Shown here: piece by piece, positions 52,521 through 64,000 of the stretch
Layout of the letters: each line of letters begins with the position of its first letter
Numbering within the stretch: position 1 is the stretch's first letter
Assembly (NCBI GenBank): GCA_051294905.1
Contig: CM119372.1
Coordinates: 2,606,001 to 2,670,000 of the forward strand
Length of the DNA: 64,000 nt
Source: Botryllus schlosseri
Taxonomy: Eukaryota
Reading direction: 5' to 3'
Notes under the pieces: model-generated
Told to the model about the DNA's origin: nothing
What the model saw: the letters and a program-made list of their open reading frames with translations, nothing else
Databases searched by the model: none
Made by a program: the position numbers and the translations under genes

Positions 52521-55500
52521 TTCACTGCATACTCGTTAGAAATCAGAATGAGCTGACGCTGAGTAAGGCCAGTAGATGGAAATGTTCTCAATGTTTCTCG
52601 GCAATTCTGTCGATTCGTTGTTCGCCAACCTATCCCACATAACTCCAGTCTGCGTTGTCGCCAGCTGTGAGTTTCTCACCAACCCAATGTTTGATTTGAA
52701 CCTTATCGAGTTCCATGTAAACGAATACGATTTCACAGTCGCATCTGAGTGGGCGAAATCGTTGTTAACTACTTCAGCGCCTTTCAAAAGTCAGAATTTC
52801 GCAGCCTGGAAACGAAACACTGTCAGCATATGTTGCAACCATGCAACGATCCATTGATGCTGTTATAAGATACGCTATGCCGAACTTGGGATTGTAGTTT
52901 CGAGAGGTTTCGGTTCCATAGCAATAAATGACCTTGTACACGCTGTAGTGGATTCTAGGATTTTACACTCAGCTGTACTGTTCATATTTACGCATGTAGA
53001 CTTCTGCGTTTCCTGGAATCTTTATCCCATAAACTCATCAGTCCATTGTCGTGCCTTAACCAATGTCATTCAAATTGCCGAGACAACTTATACCAATTAT
53101 TGCCATGCAACTTGAATTCAATATAGCTTTAATCAGCTGCCTTTACTGGCAGTTTAAGGGGACGGTACGTTTACCACGAAACCCCTACAACATCGGCGGA
53201 ATACTCCTAGTTCAAACAGATTTATCTGAGCAGACTGGTGTGTGAATCAAAAGAATTAAGAATCAACCACAATATGTGACTATACGTACCGATTTCAATA
53301 ACCAAGCAATGCATGCTATCAATGATGATCAACATAGTATAGCTATACGTATACTTCTTAACCATGCATTCAATGGTCTTCATGTTTCCAGTTTCGAATG
53401 GTCCGATTCTGCTCTTTTTTCCGCTGGCATTCCTTCCGAGCATCGAAAGTGATATTGAAAGCAGCGAAATCTTTCGCTAGCAAAATTCTTCAGTAAGGTT
53501 CGATATTAGGGGTAGGAATTTGCCAAAGGTATTGCGAAATCGAATTGAGATTATGTAGTACTTGAGTGATTGTGATGCAACAGAATCCAGAATTTTCTGT
53601 TCTCATTCTATCACGTCATAGAGGCATTGCGAATGTAAGCTTCACCTCGTGACATGTTGTTCGCTCCAACCCGGGTATTTCCCTGGTAGCGTCGTTACTC
53701 GTTACGTATCTTTGAAATGTTTGCTCTGGCGAATTCCGCCAAAATTATAGGCACTTCACGCCACGTATTCTTACCGTGAAACGCACATCTATTACCCGAG
53801 AATCCACCCTAGTTGAAACCCAGTTCAATCGCAGCCAAGTTGAGCCACGCGACACAGACACCGGAATTAGTTTTCCAGGAAATCCTTACGTCACTGCTGT
53901 GGCTATATGAGAGGCGTGTTGTAGGATTGGGAAGGTAAGATACCAAAATTCCTTCGTGATGGCGCTTGGCGAAAAGCTAGCTAGCAGAACGCGCGGTATT
54001 GCATTCGCGATAGGCTTTAAGCTGCGGCTTGGTATCGAGTCAATATAGCAGAGCTAGCTTCCATCTCCATGTACTTCACGTTAGTATAACTGTATAAATC
54101 AGTAGCAGAGAGTTGTTTCATCTGACATTTGTCCAGTGCGGTAAAGCAAACTAAGATGGCTTTGGAGTGATCTAGGTGAAATGTTAGAGGCGTTAGAGTT
54201 TCGAATTACTATAATGTCGATGTAACGAAATTCGTGTGCAAATTAAGTTGTACAATAACTTGATATTGTTACTTTATTCAAAGACAGAATACTTCCAAGA
54301 TTTCGAATTTGTTACACGGTATTCGTCGCGATTTGAGTCAGTCGAAAAACTGGTAGCGAATAAATGAGCAATTCTGAAGTTCTGTACTCCAAATGGCTTG
54401 TTTAAATCAAATTGCGCTTTATCGATATTGCGTAATTTCCAACAACGAAGCGTGTATGGACGTGCGTTTCCTACAAGCCACGCTTCGTAACAGAACGAGT
54501 CTATCACGAATTTATATGGGGAGATATGAAACGATATCTGTTGGCTTTTGTCTTAAATTCGCATTCTGAATAGGCGTGTCACAATCCCATAAATCGCGCA
54601 TATTATTGTAGGTGATTTTCTCACTGGAATGACAATACACGAAATTACAGCGATCCATTATGTACCAGTCAATGACTGTGCGTTGTCATGTGATTTTTCG
54701 CTTGCGCGCGCTCTTGTTTGCCATGGATATATAGCCTACCGTGAGTTCATTCGTAATTTACGATCGGGTATAGGTTTTTGTTACCAGATCGTTTGGAGGG
54801 TGACTTAATGTTAATTCTCAGGTCGCTACGCACCATTGTCCAGTTGCATTGGCTGTGCGCGTTTCATACGATCACTTCCCGAATACATCATCTAAACAGT
54901 ATGATGTATGGCCAATAGTCCCGTTTTCTGTTGTCAGTAGCTACTGCTGTGGTGACCTATGGAAATTCTGTGCCGTTTAACCTAGAATATGCGAAATGGT
55001 AAAATATTGATTGTTCTCAGTCTAGTTTATGATTACAGGTATCATTACAGTATTTAAGAAAAGGACTTGGTGCTTGCACAATGAAATTCGATGCACATTG
55101 GGGTCTTGAACTACTTTTCATTCTTTCCCGTCTGCGTACTATCCCTAATATGTATGTCGCAGACAATCAGCGACAACATTGTCGATTCGAGCCATTTCCG
55201 AAATATTTATTCCGCATTACGCAATTTAAGCTATAACAATACGTAACGTCACTTACGTTGCACTGTCGAACAATAGTATCTGTTTAATTACTGTTTCATT
55301 TAGTCGCCTCAATACGAGACCCGCATTAACTAAACCGTCCTGGTACATGCTTCACAGCAATATAATGTTCGTGAATTGGTTAATAATGCTATTTCACCGT
55401 GTGTTTACTAAATGAATTGGTTTTATAACTTCTTTTAGACAGGGGGTGTTGGGTATATTCGTTAATTCCGTATGTTACGTTTTTAACGCTTTGTCGCAAT

Positions 55501-58088
55501 GTCGGCCCTGTGTTACGTAACACCCCGTTTAATGTAAATAGGAACTAGTCCATCCGTTGAGGTTGCATCGCTGATGTCACTCGTAAAGTGAAACTCCCCT
55601 CTGTTTTACATTTCTGTGGTTAGCCTAAACCTCGGCATACTTTTACGAACCCCTACATTTGAATAACGAGTTGGGTTACGCCATCGTGTCGACCTGAAGT
55701 TCCGCTATATATATATAATGGTTCCGCTTTCGGGCCGTTCTTTATTTAAACGGAGAGACGCGACGCTGTGCATCATTCAACGAGAGATCTCTTCCCGTGC
55801 GGGTGCGTGGACGCATCTGGTTATAGCTTTACTTACGAAACTCGGACTATCATATATTATATGGTTCAAGTATATACGATGGATTACCTGCTGTGCTGTA
55901 GTGATGTATTCTTATTGATATGGTATCAACTGGGCAACTTGACTTCGGGGGTACCTGTCAAAACCTGCTGTGTATAAATGGCATTTTGATAGCTACCTCC
56001 CAAAGTTCGGAAAGCCGATTTCTTCGCCTCCATTCAAGGATTGCTGTACACGCCTTAAGAAACCAACACATATTCCATGGCATCAGTCCATTCCATCGGC
56101 ATTAGCAACTACGCTCGTCCATTACGAAACACTAGATCAAACATACCGTATACGCTTAACCGTGGCTCTCGTGTGACAAGTCTTTGTATTGTATCAAAGG
56201 CAAACATCAACTTTCACGTTCTAGCTAATATCACCGTGATCTAGCGGAGCCGAATGTTGTGCAGGCACGTTGCGTCATACACTTCGATCGCAATGTCTCA
56301 CGACATTAGACACCGACAGATTGGTTATCCTCCGAAATTAAAATTACATCTGCTCGTAACTACACCTTCAAATGTAAACCTGTTATATGTATCGTCATTG
56401 ACACATAGAATATTTGTCCACGTAGTTCACAGTAATTTAGCGATCTCATCTTGCACGAAAATAGTTGCCAGTTACGCCATACTGACACTGTTTAAACGAA
56501 TAATCATCTCCGTAATGTTTTGCTCGAATTGCATTCAGTTATTGCGATTTGTGTGCTTGATTGCGCTTTGCAATTTCCGCTAGACGCAATGCAATTGAAT
56601 CATGAATCTAGTTGCTGTTAGTGAGTTGATCACAAGTTGGTCTTCATCATTCGCTGTGAAATGAATAAACGCACTCAATCGCCGCACAAAATTTGCGCCT
56701 TGATTACATTATTGTAATCACTATACGACAGTGATAAACCATTTAACCAATTTTCGTCATACGCGCAAGTTTTGTGCGTTGTTGAAGTCCGAACTTCGTG
56801 GGTGTCGATGATGGTATACCGTCCGAGCTCATGCTGTTGAAATTATATGCATACTATGCGTGAAGTCATGCATGACTCGATACGATGCAACTTAATGTGG
56901 CGGTCAAACTTTAACAAAGCACTGCAGAAAGAGGCAATCAAACTTCATATAAAAAGAACTGGCTTAATGTACCTCGGGCTCGTTTAATCAACCCCAATAA
57001 TGCGCATCACCGTATGAAACTTAACTGGTTATAAAACAAGTATATTTCACTAGTGTTGCGGCAGAACCTAAACTTACTGGTTCCTGCTTCAGATGTCCTG
57101 CAGGCATGCCGCAATAGCTATGCAGACATGCCTTCATTACACCTGTCATAGTAACCACGTGCGTGCGACATATTGTCCCTAATCAATTGAGATTGGCCAG
57201 CATGCCCCTTGCATCTAATTCAACTTGTCGCATGACCCTTTCGCTGGAAATTGCGAGAGAAATTACATGTTCTCTTACAACGGTACTGATGTTTTGAGAG
57301 CAAGAAGCCATTTAGATCAATCTTACTGCATAATTTTGACTTTTGATCGTATTCCTGGTAAAATATGTGCAGTTATGAACGCAGCAGTATCCCCATCACC
57401 GCAATCCAAATTCATTTATTACGGAAAATTGATGCAGATAGTTTGTTTTTATTGAATGTCAGTATCGAAATGTACAGGCAATTGGTCATTGACTTGACTG
57501 TATTTTATAATTTGCAATTTGGGAGTAAATATAATTTCATTTCCTCTATTGTCATCTTTCAACAGTGGTCAGTAATATCACTGTCCTTGATCGATCAAGT
57601 GTTATACCATTGCTCTATTTGCCTATATTCCCGTTCGTGATCCCATTAAATACCATCACATATCTTAGCATTAACACAAGCACACGTGTCGCGAATAGCA
57701 TACCACTGTCTCTCCGACATTAATATTGTTCTGTGTTTCGATTTCGTGTTTCGTTTGAACACAGGTTGGTCCGGTTCTGATCTTCTGTAGAAATATTCCC
57801 TTTCATACGATCAGGTGATAATGTATCATTGTTGCTGCCCTGGTATCAGCTGACTTTTCTCCGTCGGCTGGCTCACAACGGAACAATAGCATTACGGGTT
57901 CATCATAATATTGACCTGACCTTACACGAAACACCCAGCATATCAGTGCTGTTGTGGTGAAATTATACGAACTGCATTGTTTCTTTGACTATCACGTTGG
58001 TACATAGTCACACGCTCATGAAGCTTGTGAGATCGTGGCTTTGTCGTCGCTACGCCACGGATCGTCGCTAACTGTACCGAAAAGATCA

Positions 58089-58335
58089 GTGGCGAGATAG
58101 CGCAGTGGCTTGATCCACGGCAGCAACACCGATGGTATGTGGGTTGAGTCCGACCGAGGTCGACTTCAGAATTCCTAACGAAGTGTTGTAGGTTTACCTA
58201 GGTCCCTCCTCACCAAGTGATCCCCATACGCGGTGTCTTAAAAGCCTTGAAGCGTGTCGTGCTGTAATTCGGCAGACACAGAATAAAAATGAAGGGATGC
58301 CCAAAACAGTAGAGAATGTCATTGCTATCGACCAC
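58089..58335 (+). mobile_element. SINE family S2
   Basis: Colinear with 32860-33120. Confidence 0.78.
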
Positions 58336-59711
58336 GACTAAGTCTGTCATTATTGATATGGACCGTAGCGAACCGGAATTGAAGTAGCCATGTGTGCTAC
58401 GCAACCAATAATACATCACAAATTAGTCCGTCCACTCCCGACAATTTGAAACAGACCACTGACTTTTCATCCACTTCGGACTCAAATTAAGATATGGATT
58501 ATCGTTTGCAGCAACCGTGGACCATCAACGTTCGTAACACTCTGGAGCTGAAACTAGAAAAGAAATCGGACTATTAATATTATTCACACTCCAACTGATG
58601 TAGTATAAGGAAAATGTTGTTGTTTCAACATTTCCTACTCCACATCAACGGAATGTGTTGAACTATCGTCGATCAGAATGTTTAATAATACTTATAAGCT
58701 ATACCTTTGGCTCTGTACAAATGTAAGTATCTTTGAATAAAGTTTTCTCAACGTCGACATGGTTATGTGTGCATTCGATTTGCGACAAGATTAGACAGGG
58801 GTACGACAGTTCTTCCTCATTCGGCACGAGCCGCGTGACATATCCTCATGGTGTGGTCGCCAAATCCCGTGTTACCGAAACAACAGGGTGCTATAATCAG
58901 GAATGTTACCCGATACCGAAATATTCCCTCGAGATATGAACTCGCGAATTCACGATGACCTAACGAGCTCTATGTATCATCCCTTTTACGATCGTAAGTT
59001 AAAGCGTCACGGTACAATAGTCGCTAAACATTGTCACGCTGACCGGATGATTGAACCCGACTGGGGGTGATCGTAACTCGCCCGAGTTCACGATGCATAA
59101 GCGTAATGCTATTTGTATCGAAGTAAATAAGTTAGTTCACAACATTTTCCCAATCGTCACTTTGCATACGACCTTATATATACGCCTGGGCTACATATGG
59201 AGGAACTGTAACGATGTGAGCCCGACCAATTTTATCGATCCGCCGATATCACACTTTGAAAGAGATGTCTGTCAAATTAGAGGTAAAAATATCGGCAATG
59301 ATGTTATTGGTGATGTCACGATATGGTTGTATGGAGTCGGAGAAGTATAGTCTGCAACTGTTAGATTGGGAATATTGATATAGTAGCGATGACTACAAAT
59401 AACCCTCTTAAATAAATGTTGAATATATGTGTGTTAAAGGTGAAGGTGCTAGTTATCGGCATCAGCTCCAAAATTCTATATCGGACGGGTTCTACATGTT
59501 ATGAACATACAAATGGGTTGAAGATGAACCGGTTCTGTATGTTGGAGTATCTTAAGTCGGACCAATATGGGAAGTGGTCTCACGCAGTACCCCTCAACCT
59601 GTTGTACGGGTACCGCGAAGTCATTTCAGGTTGTATTCAGTAAATGTATTTCTTTTTAGTAAAAGCACAGTTTTCACAAATCTTTAACGTAATTTTTTCT
59701 AGTGTAAGAAA

Positions 59712-60956
59712 TAGGGATGGTGTGAACCTCCGAATGGTTCTGGTTCGTGAGAACGCAAACCTTTTTAAAAGGTTCTGTGTGAACGCGAACGTGAACCACA
59801 TGACGTCATATTCCTGATTCCAACCCTACTTTTCAGTAAAGTGATAGCCTATCTAATGTACACGATACCTAGCGACGACTCGCGTCACATAATGCCACAA
59901 CGCTGAAGTACATATTGATGTTTTAAACGTCGCTAAATGTATATCAACTGGGCCAATCAAATGATATATTAATCCCATAAAATCAATATTTTCTATTGCT
60001 TTGCCATCAATTTCGGCGAGGACTTGCAAGAGAGAGAAGAGAGAAGGGGGTATTAGTTTTCGCCTGCACCATTGAGATGCTTTTTACGACGGAGATGGTC
60101 ATTGGTCATCTATAGTCTGCGACCCCGTTTTTTTCTCCTCCATGGTATCCGTGGATGCTGAGCGCCTAGTAGGATAGCTGCGGATACCAGTTTTCGAGTC
60201 TTTGGTCTGACCCGGCCTTGGATCGAACCCACGACCTACCGATCAAGTAGCCGGACGCATCATCATTACACTATCTCGCTCGGCAAGGGAATATATAAGG
60301 TGATGTTAACGGTCTAGGCCAGACCGGACAATGTATTCGGCGTCTGGGTATTGGTACTTTGATATTGAGCAGAGTGGAAAACGGGTTTCCATACTGCTAC
60401 CGATGTCACCCCATTAAGTTATACAGCAGTAGCCAAAACTTCAATCGCACGGCTTTGGTTTTAATGATACAGTAAACATATTAAGTCAAGATCGACCCCG
60501 TACGCCTGCTAGATTTTTTACGTCAGACAACGCTATCAATTTCATTGATTGGTTGAATATAAGCATCATTCGCTGACTACATGAAGTACATTTCGCTCTT
60601 GATATTGTGTGATTGCGGGACAAGCTCACAGCAGAGAGTCACTAAATATTCACAAACGGAAATCTAGATATTTCGAGCGAACTTTTGTAACAAGAAAAGT
60701 GAAATTTTTGAGGTCGTCAAAGTGCATGCTCGTTTAGTGTTGATTTTTTAATGCTGCCAGCGCAATGAATATAGTGGCCCGCAGTTGAAATGCAATAATT
60801 TTCAACCAAAGATGTTATAATGAAGTGAAAATTATAATAAATGAAAAAAGTTCACAGTGCAGAACCTATCAAGGTTCGTTTGTAAACGTGAACCTCTAAA
60901 TTTCTGAGGTTCACACACAGAACGCGAACGTGAACCTCACGTTCACACCATCTCTA
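59712..60956. mobile_element. hAT-type MITE family L with GTGAAC motifs (hosts an S1 SINE)
   Basis: TIR TAG(G/A)GATGGTGTGAAC; TSD GTAAGAAA/GTAACAAA. Confidence 0.88.
60029..60284 (-). mobile_element. SINE family S1
   Basis: Reverse complement of 33703-33965. Confidence 0.88.
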
Positions 60957-61416
60957 GTAACAAATGTCTAAATCGAATGCGTAGATAAATACTTTATGCG
61001 TCATTCGACTCAGTTGCACCCCGCTACGATCAGCTTATGGAGAAGAAAAGATTGCTACCATCGCATTAATTTTGCCTTGCTTTCGGTAGATATTGAAAGT
61101 CAGTATTGCCATGTTTATGGATACCCAGTATAGCAGTGGTCGGGAACCTATGGCTCGCGAGCCATATATGACTCTTTTGGATATAAGATAGCTCTTTGCC
61201 AAATATTTATTTTTGTTCCGAATTGATCAATATTGCAGCGACTTATGGTAAATTTTCATCACGGCCAAAATAGTTAATCTCGTGGCAATATAAACATGTC
61301 TTTGAGAGGTAATGACAATGCCTTCTTCAGATTTAGGGGCTGGGACCCCCTCTCTTCAAAATAATCAAATTTAAGTTACTGTCACGCCGCCGGCCATAAC
61401 ACTCGCGAATTCTATG

Positions 61417-61692
61417 CGCCAGTATTGTTTGTGTTATACTGGAGCCGAACTTTGTTTGGCTCCTGTTAATTGGCAGGCTATTGATTAGTTCTCTGATTGC
61501 GCTGTTTATTTATTTTCCTTATATAACGACTCTTCGTGCTGTTAGGATGTCTCTTCAGTAATAAACGTTTATCGTCTGTCGAGATCGTTTCGTCGTGCAA
61601 CAGGAAGTACAGGCTCTGTATCCTGGCGTGATGGCAGCAATGGGATTCGAACCCGCGCCATCGAAATGACTGGTGACTCAAACCTCCTGGCG
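61417..61692. mobile_element. 276-bp element with CGCCAG termini, 3-bp TSD (ATG) and a tRNA-Leu fragment
   Basis: Absent from the family A copy at ~2950 (empty site TTCTATGTACCCG); flanked by ATG on both sides. Confidence 0.8.
61632..61684 (-). pseudogene. 3' two-thirds of a tRNA-Leu (anticodon loop, long variable arm, T arm, 3' acceptor strand)
   Basis: GGTTTGAGTCACCAGTCATTTCGATGGCGCGGGTTCGAATCCCATTGCTGCCA; no D arm or A box. Confidence 0.75.
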
Positions 61693-62642
61693 ATGTATCC
61701 GTATCGAAATCTTGAATTGTGCGATACGTCGAATCAAAGAACATAGCAGTCGTGGTGACGCTCATTTCATAACGCAGTTCTCAAATTCACACTGTCTTCG
61801 TGAAATGAACTGCGTTGAGGATGTGACATTAACAATTACAAAATCGAATTACCGACAACGCCATAGCTATCCACGTTCCACGTTCTCCACGTTATGTGTA
61901 GCACCGGCGCCAAAATATATGCGTGTAGCGCAACGTTATGTAAGTATTTAGATTTTCGGAATCAGTGTGATAGTCACATTGATATCAGTTATAATAAATT
62001 CTAAGCTGCGTACGATGAATTGCGTTATCATCGGTGAGGCTTGGCGCGTCTGCGTCATACCTCTGGTTTCGAGCTTTATTTTCGAACAATAAATATCAGT
62101 TTTTATAGAGAAAGTGTGGCGCACACGAGGAATCCCATGTAGTGAGTTCGAATTCGCGCTACCATGACGTCACGAATTCCAATTGGGACGTAACAGTTGA
62201 TTGGAATGTATGGCTCTTTGGGAGTTGAGGAGGAAAAAATAGGGCCAATATGGCTCTTCGGACGAAAAAGGTTCCCGACCACTGCGGTATAGCATCACTG
62301 CATTTGGTAGGAGATTGACAAGCACGGCTATATGTTGGATTCAAATATTTTCTAGAATCATCATTGTCGAGTGTGAATCTGTCGACACAATCTTGGCTAC
62401 TCTAATAGCTGTTTGGCCACTCGTTAGGTAAACGCACATTCAACGTCGCCGTTCGGCCTGGAGAATGTGCAAATAGAATAAATGTCACGTAACTGGTTTA
62501 GGAATTTAAACTTACAATACAAATATCAACTCACTAGAACTCGCTGGCTGACGATATAAATCTTAGATCGACACTAGTTTTTCTGTAACATTGTTCGGGG
62601 CGCATTTTATCAGAATATGTGTATTATGCGGAACGTATAGCA

Positions 62643-63301
62643 TAGGGTTGCCATATGTCCGGAATTCCCCGGTCAGATCCGGAATTTCACTGTAAAAAGT
62701 GCTTCCGGGAGGAAATTCTAAAATAAGCCTTAAATATCCGGAATTTTGAAGGCTTGAAGTAGGCTCAGAAGTTTTTCGTAAATCAACATAAACAATCTTA
62801 TTTCCAAGCAGATTTATGCTATTCGAAAAAATTTTTCGCGCTGCGTGCGAGTTAATGCAACGTATTTTGATATTAGTATGGGCACCAGGCACCACCCTCG
62901 ACAAAAAAATGCAATCAAAAATAAATATGAATAACCAGCATTTACTGAAATCAGTCTAATTGTAATCCCAGGTATATTCCTAGAGTTGGTTAAGGTCGAT
63001 TGAATGTTTCAGAGGGTTGCAAATCTTGGGGTCGCTTGCCTTTATCTGAGGATCGCGATGATGCTGGACATAATCAGCATCCTAGGCCATGAGTAAGTTT
63101 GATCAAGCTGAAATTCTTTAGTAATCAGCTTACCAAGTTTTGAGCTGGGCCACGGAACATTTTCAAGTTGGAAATGAGGTCGCGACCGTAAAAGGTTTGA
63201 AATCACCAGATGTGCAACCTGCTGGTGCATTTTATAGTAGTCTATTATATGGAAGAATCAACATTATTGACAGAATTCATAAATAAAATTTAACAACCAG
63301 A
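62643..63301. mobile_element. Family B MITE (reverse), interrupted by family E
   Basis: Starts TAGGGTTGCCATATGTCCGG; reverse-colinear with 8030-8622. Confidence 0.85.
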
Positions 63302-64000
63302 CAGAGGTGGTCAAAGTAGTCAAGAAAGCTGCTCAAGTAGAAGTAGAAGTAGCGACGAAAAAATCTACTCAAGTACGAGTAGAAGTACTTCTTCTATAAG
63401 CAACCTAAAACTACTTGAAGTAGAAGTAGAATTGACTGACTCAAGTAAGTAAGTATAGTGAAAACGATCCTAATTCGTTCACATGGATTGTAAAAAGGTG
63501 CAAATTGAGCCATGCGATAGGTGACGAGCTTGATTCATATTGATGCATACCAGAAGGTATCCAATTTTCGATAGCATAAGCATTCGTCCACATCATGGGA
63601 TTAAAATGATAGTATTGATATGGAAATGCGATGCTAATCCTCTGTTTTCTCGAACAGCACATTTTAGAAAATAGCATGGTATGGCGCCATCCCCCATATT
63701 ATAAGGCACGTAGTTTAGTCGAAGTGCAATACGGAGACGTTGTATAGGATACAGTGTAAACACTTTGCGCGATTAGTAAACGTTGATAAAAAATATGTGT
63801 AAAAATGCCATTTTGTGTAGCTTTATTTCCAGAAATTAAAGGCATTACTACACTTGCTTCTATACTTCAACATGTATGTTATCCAGACAAAAGAACTGAT
63901 ATTAATTATAACTAAAAGTATATGATACTGGGAATTGAAAATGAAGTATAAATACTACTTCTGAAAGCAGAAGATGTGTTTCATGTTTTTAGTCCAGAAA
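63302..64000. mobile_element. Family E MITE (runs off the window)
   Basis: CAGAGGTGGTCAAAGTAGTCAAGAAAGC, colinear with 24812 onward. Confidence 0.9.

Larger units (their letters stand above)
61134..62284. mobile_element. Family A MITE with a 276-bp insertion
   Basis: TIR CAGTGGTCGGGAACCT; TSD CAGTATAG/CGGTATAG. Confidence 0.92.

Noticed and set aside
52536..52806. In-frame TGA after an acceptor as a selenocysteine codon
   Set aside because: No selenoprotein-like context or SECIS seen, and no upstream exon identified.

Overview
AT-rich eukaryotic (animal) genomic DNA with short spliceosomal introns and a very dense load of non-autonomous transposons. The overall look is compatible with an ascidian or other marine invertebrate chordate, but that is inference. 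Almost all ORFs in the supplied track are spurious. By splicing by hand I reconstructed two six-exon, plus-strand lipocalin genes that the ORF track misses: 20483-22959 (203 aa, needs a GC-AG first intron) and 37249-39302 (196 aa). Both have a signal peptide, GxWY and TD[Y/H] motifs, four conserved cysteines and intron phases 0,2,1,1,1. The only long recognisable ORF is a 5'-truncated Penelope-like retroelement (RT C-terminus plus GIY-YIG), with a perfect 66-bp inverted pseudo-LTR and a degenerate hammerhead-like motif. The rest is about a dozen families of hAT-type MITEs with 8-bp target-site duplications (TSDs), many nested inside one another, three tRNA-headed SINE families, a small TIR element carrying part of a tRNA-Leu, tandem and palindromic repeats, and microsatellites. 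I saw no autonomous transposase, CRISPR array, rRNA or intact tRNA gene. Family letters are my own labels. All alignments were done by eye and no database was searched.
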